From an uncultured Acidobacteriota bacterium (GTDB lineage Bacteria > Acidobacteriota > Thermoanaerobaculia > Multivoradales > UBA5704), in contig CAWCIU010000004.1 of assembly GCA_963795735.1 (NCBI GenBank), forward strand, positions 128,654 to 192,653: a stretch of DNA of 64,000 nt. The letters run 5' to 3'. Position 1 is the stretch's first letter. Every line of letters begins with the position of its first letter. The position numbers and the translations under genes are program-made. The notes beneath the pieces were generated by a model. The model was given only the letters and a program-made list of their open reading frames with translations, made no database searches and had not been told where the DNA came from. Positions 1 to 10,698 of this stretch are shown piece by piece.

Positions 1-177
1 ATGGTGATGGGGCCGACCGACCCCGAGCGCCACGGTCCCTACGGCGCTCCGGAGAGCGCCCTCTTCAAGCGCCTCGCCTGCAGCTTCTGCTACCAGCGCC
101 TCGCGGAGACCAAGGCCTGCCTGCTCGAGGTCCCGCCACGGCTGGTGGCGGCGCGGGCGGCGGAGCTGTTGCGTTGA
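1..177 (+). CDS. 3' end of an unidentified CDS (partial, runs off the window start)
   Basis: Frame 1 is open from the window edge to TGA at 175-177. Codon usage is GC3-rich like the neighbours. No recognisable domain in the 58 aa visible. Confidence 0.25.
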   Translation: MVMGPTDPERHGPYGAPESALFKRLACSFCYQRLAETKACLLEVPPRLVAARAAELLR

Positions 178-281
178 CCCCCTTTCCCGTGGGCTGCTAG
201 ACTCTCGCCGTTCTACAGCTTTCAAGCAGCTCGCTTCAACGAGAAGGACAGGCCCGGGGTCCGGGCCGAGAGGTGATTCGT

Positions 282-2045
<1,764 letters not shown>

Positions 2046-2052
2046 CTCGGCT

Positions 2053-3057
2053 TCAAACCCGCACCGGTCCGGCGGTTCCTGCGACAAGGGACGCGCCGGC
2101 CGGTGCCTCGCCCGCTTCTCGGTTGGCTCGGTCGACGGCCGCCAGCGCCGAGGCACCCAGCCGCACGAAGGCGATCCACAGCAGGTCGGCCACCAGCAGG
2201 TGGATCACCTGGAGCCAGACCGGCGCCAGCAGCAGCACGTTCACCGTCCCCATCAGGATCTGGGCGAAGACCAGTCCCGCCGTCCAGCCGCCGAACCGCC
2301 GGGTCTCCCCGCCGAGCCGCCGCTTCATCAGCGTCAACGCCAGGTAGAGCGCGAAGAGACCCGCGGCGATGGCGATCCCCGGGTGGAAGAGGCGCAGGCG
2401 GATCAGCAGGTGCGCGGTGGGCGAGAGGTCCTGCCGGAGGGCCTGGGCGAGCGACCGGGACGGAAAGAGGGTGTCCCCCAGGGCGGCGGTCGCGCCGCTC
2501 ACTCCGGAGAGAAGCAGGCCGAAGAGCCCCAGGGCGAAGCCGCCGCCCAGCAGGCCCTGCCCGCGGAGCCGGAACCGCGCGCCGCCGCTGGCGAAGTGGG
2601 CGGTGAGGGTGAGCGCGGCCAGCAGGAGGAAGGTGTTGACCAGGTGGGTGGCCATGAACATCGCCCGGGCCATGGACGGGTTGTCCGCCACCAACCGGAA
2701 GAGCACCAGGGCGGCGCCCACCGCGGCTTCCCCCACCATGAAGAGCATGGCCACCACGGCCGCCTTGCGCGCCGCATGCCCCCGGGGGCAAGCCCGGAAA
2801 GCCCAGACCACGAGACCGGCGACCAGCAGCAGCGCGACGCCGCTGGTCAGCCGATGGGAAAATTCGATGATCGTCGCCAGCCGCGGCGACTGGGGCAGGA
2901 CCTCGCCGTTGCACAGCGGCCAATGGCTGCCGCACCCCGCCCCGGAGCCGGTAGCCCGCACGATCGACCCCCAGAGGACGACCGCGACGTTGAAGGCGAG
3001 GGTGAGCCAGGCATAGCGGGCGAAGAAAGGGGCGAAGGAACGGGCGGAACGGTCCAT
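2053..3057 (-). CDS. ctaA: Heme A synthase (COX15/CtaA family)
   Basis: Polytopic 334-aa protein with an N-terminal GSGAGCGSHWPLCNG motif and conserved His in the TM helices, as in CtaA/COX15. Confidence 0.8.
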   Translation of the reverse strand: MDRSARSFAPFFARYAWLTLAFNVAVVLWGSIVRATGSGAGCGSHWPLCNGEVLPQSPRLATIIEFSHRLTSGVALLLVAGLVVWAFRACPRGHAARKAAVVAMLFMVGEAAVGAALVLFRLVADNPSMARAMFMATHLVNTFLLLAALTLTAHFASGGARFRLRGQGLLGGGFALGLFGLLLSGVSGATAALGDTLFPSRSLAQALRQDLSPTAHLLIRLRLFHPGIAIAAGLFALYLALTLMKRRLGGETRRFGGWTAGLVFAQILMGTVNVLLLAPVWLQVIHLLVADLLWIAFVRLGASALAAVDRANREAGEAPAGASLVAGTAGPVRV

Positions 3058-3064
3058 GGGGGGA

Positions 3065-3742
3065 TCATACCCCTCGCCGGCGCAAGGCCAGATTCCGCCT
3101 TCCCTCCTTCTCCTTGCGCTTCTTGCTCGCCGCCCAGGAGCAGATGGGGCAGGCGTCGAGGTCGTGGTAGAGGGCAGGGCAGTGCTGGCGGCCGAAGTAG
3201 ATGATCTGGAGGTGGCGCTTGCCCCAGGTCTCCTCGGGGAAGAGGCGTTTGAGGTCGCGCTCGGTCTGCTCCACGTTCCTGCCGCTGGTGAGACCCCAGC
3301 GGGTGGCCAGACGGTGGATGTGGGTGTCCACGGGGAAAGCCGGCGTCTCGAACGCCTGGGTCAGCACCACCGAGGCCGTCTTGTGGCCCACCCCCGGGAG
3401 CGCCTCCAGCTCCTCCAGGGTCCGCGGCACCTCTCCGCCGTGCCTCTCCACCAGGAGCTCGGAGAGGCGCTGCAGGTTCTTCGCCTTGGTGTTGGCGAGG
3501 CCGATGCGACGGATCAGACCGTGGATCTCCTCGACCGGCAGCGCCGCCATCCGCTCCGGCGTCGCGGCGCGGGCGAACAGGGCGGGGGTCACCTCGTTGA
3601 CCAGCTTGTCCGTCGTCTGGGCGGAGAGCACGACCGCCACCAGCAGGGTGAACGGGTCCCGGTGATCGAGGGGGATGTCGACCGAGGGATGAAGCTCGTC
3701 GAGGATGCCGGCGATGCGCCGCGCCTTCTCCTGTCGCGTCAT
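3065..3742 (-). CDS. nth: Endonuclease III (DNA-(apurinic or apyrimidinic site) lyase)
   Basis: Contains LSAQTTD, the HhH-GPD motif LPGVGHKTASVV and a C-terminal Cys cluster. Length (225 aa) is typical of Nth. Confidence 0.9.
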   Translation of the reverse strand: MTRQEKARRIAGILDELHPSVDIPLDHRDPFTLLVAVVLSAQTTDKLVNEVTPALFARAATPERMAALPVEEIHGLIRRIGLANTKAKNLQRLSELLVERHGGEVPRTLEELEALPGVGHKTASVVLTQAFETPAFPVDTHIHRLATRWGLTSGRNVEQTERDLKRLFPEETWGKRHLQIIYFGRQHCPALYHDLDACPICSWAASKKRKEKEGRRNLALRRRGV

Positions 3743-3805
3743 GCGAGGCGGAGTTTTATCACACGGCGTCTCCCGGTTGCGGGAAACGGATACGGGAAGA
3801 GAGAG

Positions 3806-4030
3806 CTAGATCCGGGGGCCGCTCGCCGGCGGTCCGCCCGGACGTCCGGCACCCGGACCACCCGGCCGGCCCTGCGTCTTCTTGACCGCGCTCAGGATGC
3901 CGATGCCCACGAGACAGATCACGCCGGCGGCGATCCACCCGGAGGGCACGTGCGCCAGATGAGCCCCCAGCGCCAGCCCGATGACCAGGATGATGAAGCC
4001 GACCAGATAGATGCCGAACGAGGATGACAT
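3806..4030 (-). CDS. Small two-TM membrane protein, unknown function
   Basis: 74-aa ORF with two hydrophobic helices and a Gly/Pro-rich tail. It fills an otherwise empty gap. No family recognised. Confidence 0.4.
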   Translation of the reverse strand: MSSSFGIYLVGFIILVIGLALGAHLAHVPSGWIAAGVICLVGIGILSAVKKTQGRPGGPGAGRPGGPPASGPRI

Positions 4031-4134
4031 TCCTGCTCTCCCCCTGTTTTCCAGGATGTGAGGCCGCCGGGCTCCGGCCGCCGCTCGTCTGGATCAATTC
4101 AAAACGCGAGCCAACTTCCCGGCATCCGGAACGG

Positions 4135-4698
4135 TCAGGCCCGGCTGTTCCACAGTACGTCCGCCATTCCCCGCTTCAGGTTCTCGTAACGGGCCATGAC
4201 GAAGAGGGCGTCCGAGAGGCGGTTCAGGTACTTCACGACGAAGGGGCCGACCGGCTCCTCGCGGGCCAGGGCGACCGCCAGGCGCTCCGCCCGCCGGCAG
4301 ACGGTGCGGGCCACGTGGAGCTGCGCGGCGCCTGGGGAGCCCCCCGGCAGGATGAAGTTGTCGAGCGGCGGCAGCTCGGCCGACAGCTCGTCCATCAGCC
4401 GCTCGAGCGCCTCGACGTGCCTCGCCTCGACCACCGGCACCGGCATCCTCACCTTGTCCGCTTCCAGGATGCAGAGGTCCGAGCCCACGTTGAAGAGCTC
4501 GTTCTGCACCCGCGCCAGCGTCTCGGCCAGCCGGGCGTCGAGCCCGAAGGCGAGGGCGACGCCGATCTCGGAGCTCAGCTCGTCCACCGTCCCATAGGTC
4601 TCGATGCGGACCGAGTCCTTCGGCACCCGCTGCCCGCCGCCGAGGCCGGTGGTTCCATCATCTCCGGTCCGGGTGTAGACCCGGGTGATTCGCGGCAT
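4135..4698 (-). CDS. ATP:cob(I)alamin adenosyltransferase, PduO type
   Basis: [19 protein letters not shown] is the hallmark N-terminus of PduO-type adenosyltransferases. The start was moved to the ATG at 4698 rather than the ORF-track start at 4779. Confidence 0.85.
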   Translation of the reverse strand: MPRITRVYTRTGDDGTTGLGGGQRVPKDSVRIETYGTVDELSSEIGVALAFGLDARLAETLARVQNELFNVGSDLCILEADKVRMPVPVVEARHVEALERLMDELSAELPPLDNFILPGGSPGAAQLHVARTVCRRAERLAVALAREEPVGPFVVKYLNRLSDALFVMARYENLKRGMADVLWNSRA

Positions 4699-4777
4699 GA
4701 ACGTGCTCCCTTCCCGCGGGAGGATAACAAGTTTCCGGGATTGCGGCCGGGCACGGCCCGCCGTAGACTGCTCGATC

Positions 4778-5167
4778 ATGTCCCGCCAGCTCGCACCTCT
4801 GCGCGAGGTCCTTCAGCGCGCCGTTGCCGCGGCCCGGCTGAGGCGGCCGGCGATCGAGCAGGCTCTGGCCCTGCCGCCCGGGGGATGGGAACAAGTCGCC
4901 TCCGGCCGGCGGGTGCTCCGGGTACGCCACCTGCTGGCGCTCGCCCGTCTGCTCAGCGTACCGCCCGAGGACCTCCTGGAGGCCGGGCTGCCGGACGCCG
5001 GCTCGCCGGCGGGCCTGCGGCTCACCGACTGGATCGATCCCGCCCGGCCCCGTTTCGCGAGCGCCTCCCCGGCGGAGGACCTGCAGACCCTGATCCGGGA
5101 CACGGTCCGCCGCGAGCTGAACGGGCGGGAGCAACCCTCCGAGCCCGATCCTGTCCCCAAATCCTGA
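4778..5167 (+). CDS. XRE-like HTH DNA-binding protein (paralogue 1)
   Basis: 129 aa from the ATG at 4778. Has an HTH-like N-terminus, an RLTDWIDP motif and a Pro-rich linker. Paralogous and equal in length to the 5356-5745 product. Confidence 0.6.
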   Translation: MSRQLAPLREVLQRAVAAARLRRPAIEQALALPPGGWEQVASGRRVLRVRHLLALARLLSVPPEDLLEAGLPDAGSPAGLRLTDWIDPARPRFASASPAEDLQTLIRDTVRRELNGREQPSEPDPVPKS

Positions 5168-5350
5168 GGCCGGTCCCATTTCCTGGAAGACCGTCCCAGA
5201 ATCTTCGCAAATGTCCCCGTCTCTTCAGCCATGTCCCCGTCTTTCCAGGATTGTCCCATTTCTACTTATCCTGTCCCATTTTTCCTGGGACTGTCCCGGG
5301 TTGTTCAGGATCGTCCCCAAATTTGATCCGTGGTCCCATCGGGTTCTAAT
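5151..5350. repeat. Ten tandem 20-bp repeats with an invariant GTCCC core
   Basis: GTCCC occurs at 5153, 5173, 5193, 5213, 5233, 5253, 5273, 5293, 5313 and 5333, an exact 20-bp period. Loose consensus is nTGTCCCatttnTTCcaGGa. Confidence 0.9.
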
Positions 5351-5355
5351 ACCTC

Positions 5356-5745
5356 ATGTTCGAAGATGACCTCCGTTCCTTACGCCAGGTCCTTGCCCGG
5401 GCCATCGACACCTCGGGGCTGAAACGCCGCGACGTCGAGCGGGCGCTGAAGCTGCGCAACGGGAGCCTGGGGAAGCTTCTGGACGGCAGCCTGGATCTCC
5501 GGGTCGAGCACCTTACGGCCCTGGCGCGCCTCCTGCGCATCCCGCCCGGCGACCTCCTGAAGGCCGGCTGCCCGCAGACCCGCGCCGCGGCCACCCACCG
5601 CCTGACCGACTGGATCGGCCCCCCCGACAACGCCCCCACCTCCACGCCCCCGCCGGCCACCACCCCACCCCCGACGCCCGAGGAGCTGGCGGAGATGGTC
5701 CGCGCGGCGATGCGCCAGGAGCTGGCGGCGCGGAAGGGGACGTAA
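5356..5745 (+). CDS. XRE-like HTH DNA-binding protein (paralogue 2)
   Basis: 129 aa. Shares the HTH region, RLTDWIGP, a Pro-rich linker and a C-terminal helix (LAEMVRAAMRQEL) with the 4778-5167 product. Confidence 0.65.
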   Translation: MFEDDLRSLRQVLARAIDTSGLKRRDVERALKLRNGSLGKLLDGSLDLRVEHLTALARLLRIPPGDLLKAGCPQTRAAATHRLTDWIGPPDNAPTSTPPPATTPPPTPEELAEMVRAAMRQELAARKGT

Positions 5746-5775
5746 GGGAAACACGGAACTGGATAAACTCCCCGG

Positions 5776-8235
5776 GTGATCCTCCTCCCCGGCCTCTATC
5801 TCGCTCTCCTCTGCTTTCTCCTCGACCGCGCCCTGCGGCGCTGGTGGGAGCCGGTACCGGGGCGCGTCTGGGCGGCCTTCGGGCTGGTGCTGGTGGTCCT
5901 CTTCGGGCCGGCGCTGTTCCTGGGAAGGGTGCTCCTGCCCACCGACATCCTCCCGGGGGTGGCGCAGCCTCAGGACGTGGGGGAAGATCCCCGCGGCAAC
6001 GTCCTGCAGCTCGACCTGGTGACCCAGATCGTCCCCTTGCAGGCCGAGGTGCGGCGGGCGGTGCGGGCCGGGGAGTGGCCGCTGTGGAACGACCTCGCCG
6101 GGGCGGGGATGCCGCTGCTGGCCGATCCGCAGTCGCAGACCTTCGAGCCGCTGGTCCTCGCCGCCCTGCCGCTCCCCCTGCCGGCGGCGGTCGGGGTGAC
6201 GGCGGCCCTGCGGGTGACGATCGCCCTCGTCTTCTTCTTCCTGCTCCTGCGGCGGCAGGGGCTCTCGGTGGAGTCGTCCCTCTTCGGCAGCCTGGCCTTC
6301 GGGCTCGGGGGGTTCCTGCTGCTCTGGCTCAACTGGCCGATCGGCAACTCGCCGGCCCTCCTGCCGCTCGTCCTCTACGCCCTGGTGGTGACCGCCGAGC
6401 GGGGCGCGCGGCGGGACTTCCTGCTGCTCGTCGGGGCGCTCTTCTCCCTGCTGGTGGGAGGGCACCCCGAGACGGCGCTCTACGTGGCGATCGTGGGCGG
6501 TCTCTTCGCGCTCTCCCGGCTCCTCCGCCGTCCGTTCCGGGAAAGAGCCGGGGAGCGGGCGAGGCTGGCGGCCCGGTGGGCGCTCGCCGGAGCGATCGCC
6601 TGCGGCCTGGCCGCGCCCGCTCTGCTCCCGGCGGCCCGGCTGATCCCCCAATCCCTCCGCCACCACCGGGTGGAGGTGCGCAACGAGCGGATCGCGGCGG
6701 ACCCCTCCGACTTCATCCCCTGGGAGATCCGCCGCGAGCGCAAGGAGCAGGCGCTGGGGATCGAGAAGCGCGTGGTGGCGGTCTTCGCGCCGAACGCCTG
6801 GGGCAACAGCCGCTACGGCTACTACTGGGGGGATTCCAACACCAACGAAGATTCCTCGGCCTTCGTGGGCGGCGGCGCGATGCTCGCCGCCCTGCTCGCC
6901 TTCCTGCCGGCCGCGCGGCGGTTCCGCGAGGAGCGGCTGTTCCTGGCGCTGGCGCCGCTGAGCCTGCTGATCGCGGCGCACATCCCCGCCGTGACCCGCG
7001 TCGTCGTCCAGCTCCCCCTGCTCAACCAGTCGATCACCGCCAACCGGCGGCTGCTCCTGGTCCTCGCCTTCTCGCTGGCCTATCTGGGAGCCTGCGCGGT
7101 GGAGCGCTGGCGCGACGGCGAAGGACCGGGCCGGGTGGCCGTCCTCGCCGGCGCGGCGATCCTCCTCGGCCTCGTCGCCTGGGGATACCTGCTCTCGGCC
7201 GACGTGGAGGCGCTGCGGGCCCTGCGCTGGTTCTGGATGGGAGCGCAGCTCGCGATGGTGGCGGGCGCGGCGGGGCTGCTGCTCTTGCGGAAACGGGCCT
7301 GGTCGGTCTGGGCTCTCTGCGGCCTCGCCGCCCTCGAGCTGATCGTCATCCATCTCCCGGCGAATCCGTCGCTGCCGCGCAGCACCTATTATCCGACGAC
7401 CCCCGCGATTCGCTTCCTCCAGGAGAACGCGGGAGGATTCCGCATCGCCGGCCTGGCCAACCGGCTGCTGCCCAACGCCTCGGCGGTCTACGGTCTGGCG
7501 GACATCCGGATCTCCAACCCCATGAAGCCCTATCTCTACGTGCAGGCGGTAGGGCCGGTCAGCGGCTCGACCCGCGCCACGGAGCACGTCCTGAGGAAGG
7601 CCGAGCACCCCCTCTATCAGCTCCTCGGGGTGCGCTGGGTGGTGGCGCCGGCGCGGATGCGATCGATCCCCGGCCTGCGGCCGGCCTTCCACGATCCCAC
7701 GGCGCGGATCTTCGAGCGTACCGAGGTGCTCCCCCGGCTCTTCCTCCCCGACGCGGTCGAGAGCGCCGGCGAGACGCCCTGGCCCCAGTGGCTGGCCGCG
7801 AACCCCGACTTCGCCGCCCTGGCGCTGGTCGCGCCGGCGCCGGGCCGGCCGGCGGCATGGGCCGCTGCCCGGCCGAACGAGTCGGTCCTCCATCTCCTCG
7901 CCCTCCAGCCCGCCCGCCTCGCCGCCCGCGGTCACCTGACCGAAGAGCGCCTCCTCGCCTCCAGCGTCTATCAGGACGGCGGCTGGAGTCTCCTCCTCGA
8001 CGGCAATCTCCACCCCACCCTGGTGGCGGACGGCCCCTTCGTCGCGGCCTGGTTGCCGGCCGGCGACCACCGGCTGGAGATGCTCTACAGGGCGCCGGGA
8101 TTGATTCCGGGACTGGTCCTGGCGGCTCTGGCGCTGGCGGGAATGGCGGCGTGGTGCCTGACGCCTGTCCTGCCGGGTTCCCGTCGCGATGAACCGGAGG
8201 GTCCTGCCTTGCAATCGCAAGAATCGCGGTGTTAG
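5776..8235 (+). CDS. Large polytopic membrane protein, YfhO-like (putative glycosyl-transfer/membrane biogenesis)
   Basis: 819 aa with many N-terminal TM helices and a large extracytoplasmic C-terminal region ending in a TM anchor. The architecture resembles the YfhO family. GTG start. Confidence 0.55.
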   Translation: MILLPGLYLALLCFLLDRALRRWWEPVPGRVWAAFGLVLVVLFGPALFLGRVLLPTDILPGVAQPQDVGEDPRGNVLQLDLVTQIVPLQAEVRRAVRAGEWPLWNDLAGAGMPLLADPQSQTFEPLVLAALPLPLPAAVGVTAALRVTIALVFFFLLLRRQGLSVESSLFGSLAFGLGGFLLLWLNWPIGNSPALLPLVLYALVVTAERGARRDFLLLVGALFSLLVGGHPETALYVAIVGGLFALSRLLRRPFRERAGERARLAARWALAGAIACGLAAPALLPAARLIPQSLRHHRVEVRNERIAADPSDFIPWEIRRERKEQALGIEKRVVAVFAPNAWGNSRYGYYWGDSNTNEDSSAFVGGGAMLAALLAFLPAARRFREERLFLALAPLSLLIAAHIPAVTRVVVQLPLLNQSITANRRLLLVLAFSLAYLGACAVERWRDGEGPGRVAVLAGAAILLGLVAWGYLLSADVEALRALRWFWMGAQLAMVAGAAGLLLLRKRAWSVWALCGLAALELIVIHLPANPSLPRSTYYPTTPAIRFLQENAGGFRIAGLANRLLPNASAVYGLADIRISNPMKPYLYVQAVGPVSGSTRATEHVLRKAEHPLYQLLGVRWVVAPARMRSIPGLRPAFHDPTARIFERTEVLPRLFLPDAVESAGETPWPQWLAANPDFAALALVAPAPGRPAAWAAARPNESVLHLLALQPARLAARGHLTEERLLASSVYQDGGWSLLLDGNLHPTLVADGPFVAAWLPAGDHRLEMLYRAPGLIPGLVLAALALAGMAAWCLTPVLPGSRRDEPEGPALQSQESRC

Positions 8236-8244
8236 TTTCCTTTT

Positions 8245-8850
8245 GTGATGCAGTGGCCATTTCGTAAATCTTGCCGACAAAGAGAGCGCATTGGCCTCTT
8301 CTCGGCCCTTCTTCTTTTTTTAGGATTGTGGAGTTGCTCGAGCCACTCCACCACCGATAGCCTGCCGCGCCGGATATCAAGCAATCCTCCGGAGTCATTT
8401 CGAGGCTTCTGGCAAGACGACGAACACGCCGATTATCTGGTTGACATTGAGGACCAGCGTGTCGTCGTCTCTTTCAATGGCCAAGTCCGCAAGGTCGCGG
8501 CCATTCTCGATCCCCTGGACTCGCATCTACGCCTCTGCCAGGATGGCCAGGAAGCCACGCGAGAGCTCTTCCTGAACTTGGACAAGCTTACGATCCTGGA
8601 CCCACGCACAAGCGAAAGGCATCACCTGCACCGATTGGCGAGCAAGCCGCGAGAGCTGACGATTTCGCCCCTCAAGCTCCCCGAGGCTTTGCCGGTCACC
8701 GCCGAGAGAGCCCAGAATATCGAGGGGAAGCTGGCAAACGTGTGCGAGCCGACCAGGAGGCCCAGAAGTCACGTTTCGAACAGATGTGGGGAATCGGGGG
8801 AGCGCGGTCACCCAGGGGACAGGCATTACCGGACGATCTCGATACCCTGA
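8245..8850 (+). CDS. Hypothetical lipoprotein (may be the N-terminal part of a frameshifted gene)
   Basis: Signal/lipobox-like LFLGLWSCSS. Sits in a lower-GC patch. The last ~35 codons look like out-of-frame read-through into the next ORF. Confidence 0.35.
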   Translation: MMQWPFRKSCRQRERIGLFSALLLFLGLWSCSSHSTTDSLPRRISSNPPESFRGFWQDDEHADYLVDIEDQRVVVSFNGQVRKVAAILDPLDSHLRLCQDGQEATRELFLNLDKLTILDPRTSERHHLHRLASKPRELTISPLKLPEALPVTAERAQNIEGKLANVCEPTRRPRSHVSNRCGESGERGHPGDRHYRTISIP

Positions 8851-9290
8851 ACATGATCGCCGTCAAAGCGGAAAACACCAAATTCTTGAAAGACCTCGTG
8901 GCCGAGATCGGCTGGATCGATTCGCGGCGCTTTGGCTCCATCGCCGCGGATTACGCCTTTCTCCTGGCGCAGCACAGCCAGGACATCCCCCTTATGCTGG
9001 CAGCTCTGCCGAAGATCAAAGAGGAGATCGAAACTCGCCGGTTGGAAGGGGATACTTACGCGCTCTTGTACGATCGTATTCAGCTCCTTCTAGGTGAGAA
9101 GCAACTCTACGGTACGCGGATGGGAAAAGATCCGGCGGGTCAACCGATCGTGCTGCCGACTCGAGCTCCCGGAAACCGTCGATGAGCGCAGGAAAAACCT
9201 CCGGATGGGGCCGTTGTCCGAGTATGTGAAGATCTTTGGTGCGAATGAGGTTCGATTCAGCCTGGCCTGTCAACAACCTAGACGGCTTGA
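8742..9290 (+). pseudogene. DUF6624-like gene with apparent frameshift(s)
   Basis: The frame-3 ORF carries DQEAQ...GWIDSRRFG...LLAQHS...YALLYDRIQLLLGEKQLYGT, a DUF6624-like pattern recalled from memory. The expected C-terminal ELPETVDERRKNL.MGPLSEY continues in a different frame after ~9160. Confidence 0.4.
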
Positions 9291-10018
9291 ATCTGCCGCA
9301 ATGCCACGACTGGACAAGGCCCAAGGCACTTCTTTGCGTCCAGACCGCAAGACGCAATCACTGTTGCCCAATGCGAGAAAACCTCGTTTAGTGAATTAGT
9401 CGAAGGTCCGAACTCAATCGCGAGATAGCCCTGAACCGGGGTACTTAAAATCACTCCAGCATAGGCTAGAGCTGCCGTGACGGCATCCCATTCGTCTTGC
9501 GAAGATCGGATGGGCGGGGTAGTTCTATATGCACCCGTTACGAAAGCCTCAAACAGGCAAAGTTGTCCGGAATCTGGAGGCTTTCGATCCGTCAAAAATT
9601 GGGGCCGGAGTCCCATCCGGTCAAGTTGGGAAATCAGAATCTTGCCAAGCGTCAAAGCTTTCATCGTTGCGGCGGCGCCAGACTGCAAATACCATGCGTA
9701 GCCAACTTCATGTTCAAAACGAAGCGTGAAGAGCCTGCCACTGTCAGGGAGTGCCGAGGGGGCGGGAGTCCACATCGGAGCCTCGAATCCCAAAGCAACC
9801 CCGGTGCCTGCTCTGAGATCGTCGGCGATACTGGAAGCCAATATGTTCAGATCTGTTCCTGAGCTCCGGCTCATATTAAGCGCTAAGGGATCTATTGCCC
9901 CAGACTCCAGGGAAGGAGCGAGCCGAGCCCAAGCGAACTTTTTCCTTCCGATGGGCTGGCCGTTTATACCTAGCGTGATAACAGCGATATCCACACCATA
10001 GACGACTGTTTTGGTCAT
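9278..10018 (-). CDS. Hypothetical protein (possibly RNase H-like/DUF429-like fold)
   Basis: 246 aa from the ATG at 10018; the ORF-track extension to 10498 overlaps the neighbouring gene. Lower GC than the surroundings. Only weak DUF429-like features (VYGVD..., DEWDAVTAALAY). Confidence 0.45.
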   Translation of the reverse strand: MTKTVVYGVDIAVITLGINGQPIGRKKFAWARLAPSLESGAIDPLALNMSRSSGTDLNILASSIADDLRAGTGVALGFEAPMWTPAPSALPDSGRLFTLRFEHEVGYAWYLQSGAAATMKALTLGKILISQLDRMGLRPQFLTDRKPPDSGQLCLFEAFVTGAYRTTPPIRSSQDEWDAVTAALAYAGVILSTPVQGYLAIEFGPSTNSLNEVFSHWATVIASCGLDAKKCLGPCPVVALRQIQAV

Positions 10019-10020
10019 GG

Positions 10021-10698
10021 CTATCCTTTCTCGTACCAGACACTGACCTCCTCCAGCCCCTTCCGCCTGATGTCCGGTACCTCGGCGTCCGGCGCCGGAT
10101 AGCCGATGGGGAAGAGGATGAAGGGCTTCTCGTTGACCGGGCGGTCGAGGAGGCGGGAGAGGAAGGCCATGGGGCTCGGCGTGTGGGTGAGGGTGGCGAA
10201 ACCCATGTGGTGCAGGGCGGCGATGAACAGGCCGCAGGCGATCCCCACGCTCTCCTTCGGGTAGTAGTTCTTGCGCTTGCCGCCGTCGGGTCCGATGCCG
10301 TACAGCTCCTCGAAGACGACGACGAGCCAGGGGGCGGTCTCCAGGAACGGCTTCTCCCACGAGGTGCCGAGCGGGGCGAGGGCCTCCAGCCATTCCGCGG
10401 GCATGCGGCCGCCGATGTAGCTCTCGTACTCCTCGTCCTCGGCGGCGGCGCGGATCTCGCGCTTCAGCCCCGGGTCCCCCACCACGATGAACTTCCACGG
10501 CTGGCGGTGGGCGCCCGACGGCGCGGTGGACGCCGTGCGGATGGCGATCTCGATCAGCTCGCGCGGGACCGGATCGGGCGAGAAGGAGCGGACGCTGCGG
10601 CGGCGGTCCATCTCGGCGTGGAAGTCCCGCGCCCGGCGGAGCGTCTCACTTTCCGGGAGCCGCTCGGGACGGTAGGGGATGAACGGAGGCCCGCTCAC
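10021..10698 (-). CDS. Iodotyrosine deiodinase-like flavin nitroreductase
   Basis: Colinear with animal/bacterial IYD: RRSVR.F, TAPSGAH..PW.F.VV.DP, E..Y...RM, W.K.FL.TAP, YY...SVGIACG, GYP...VPD.RRK. GTG start overlaps the upstream stop (GTGA). Confidence 0.8.
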   Translation of the reverse strand: MSGPPFIPYRPERLPESETLRRARDFHAEMDRRRSVRSFSPDPVPRELIEIAIRTASTAPSGAHRQPWKFIVVGDPGLKREIRAAAEDEEYESYIGGRMPAEWLEALAPLGTSWEKPFLETAPWLVVVFEELYGIGPDGGKRKNYYPKESVGIACGLFIAALHHMGFATLTHTPSPMAFLSRLLDRPVNEKPFILFPIGYPAPDAEVPDIRRKGLEEVSVWYEKG

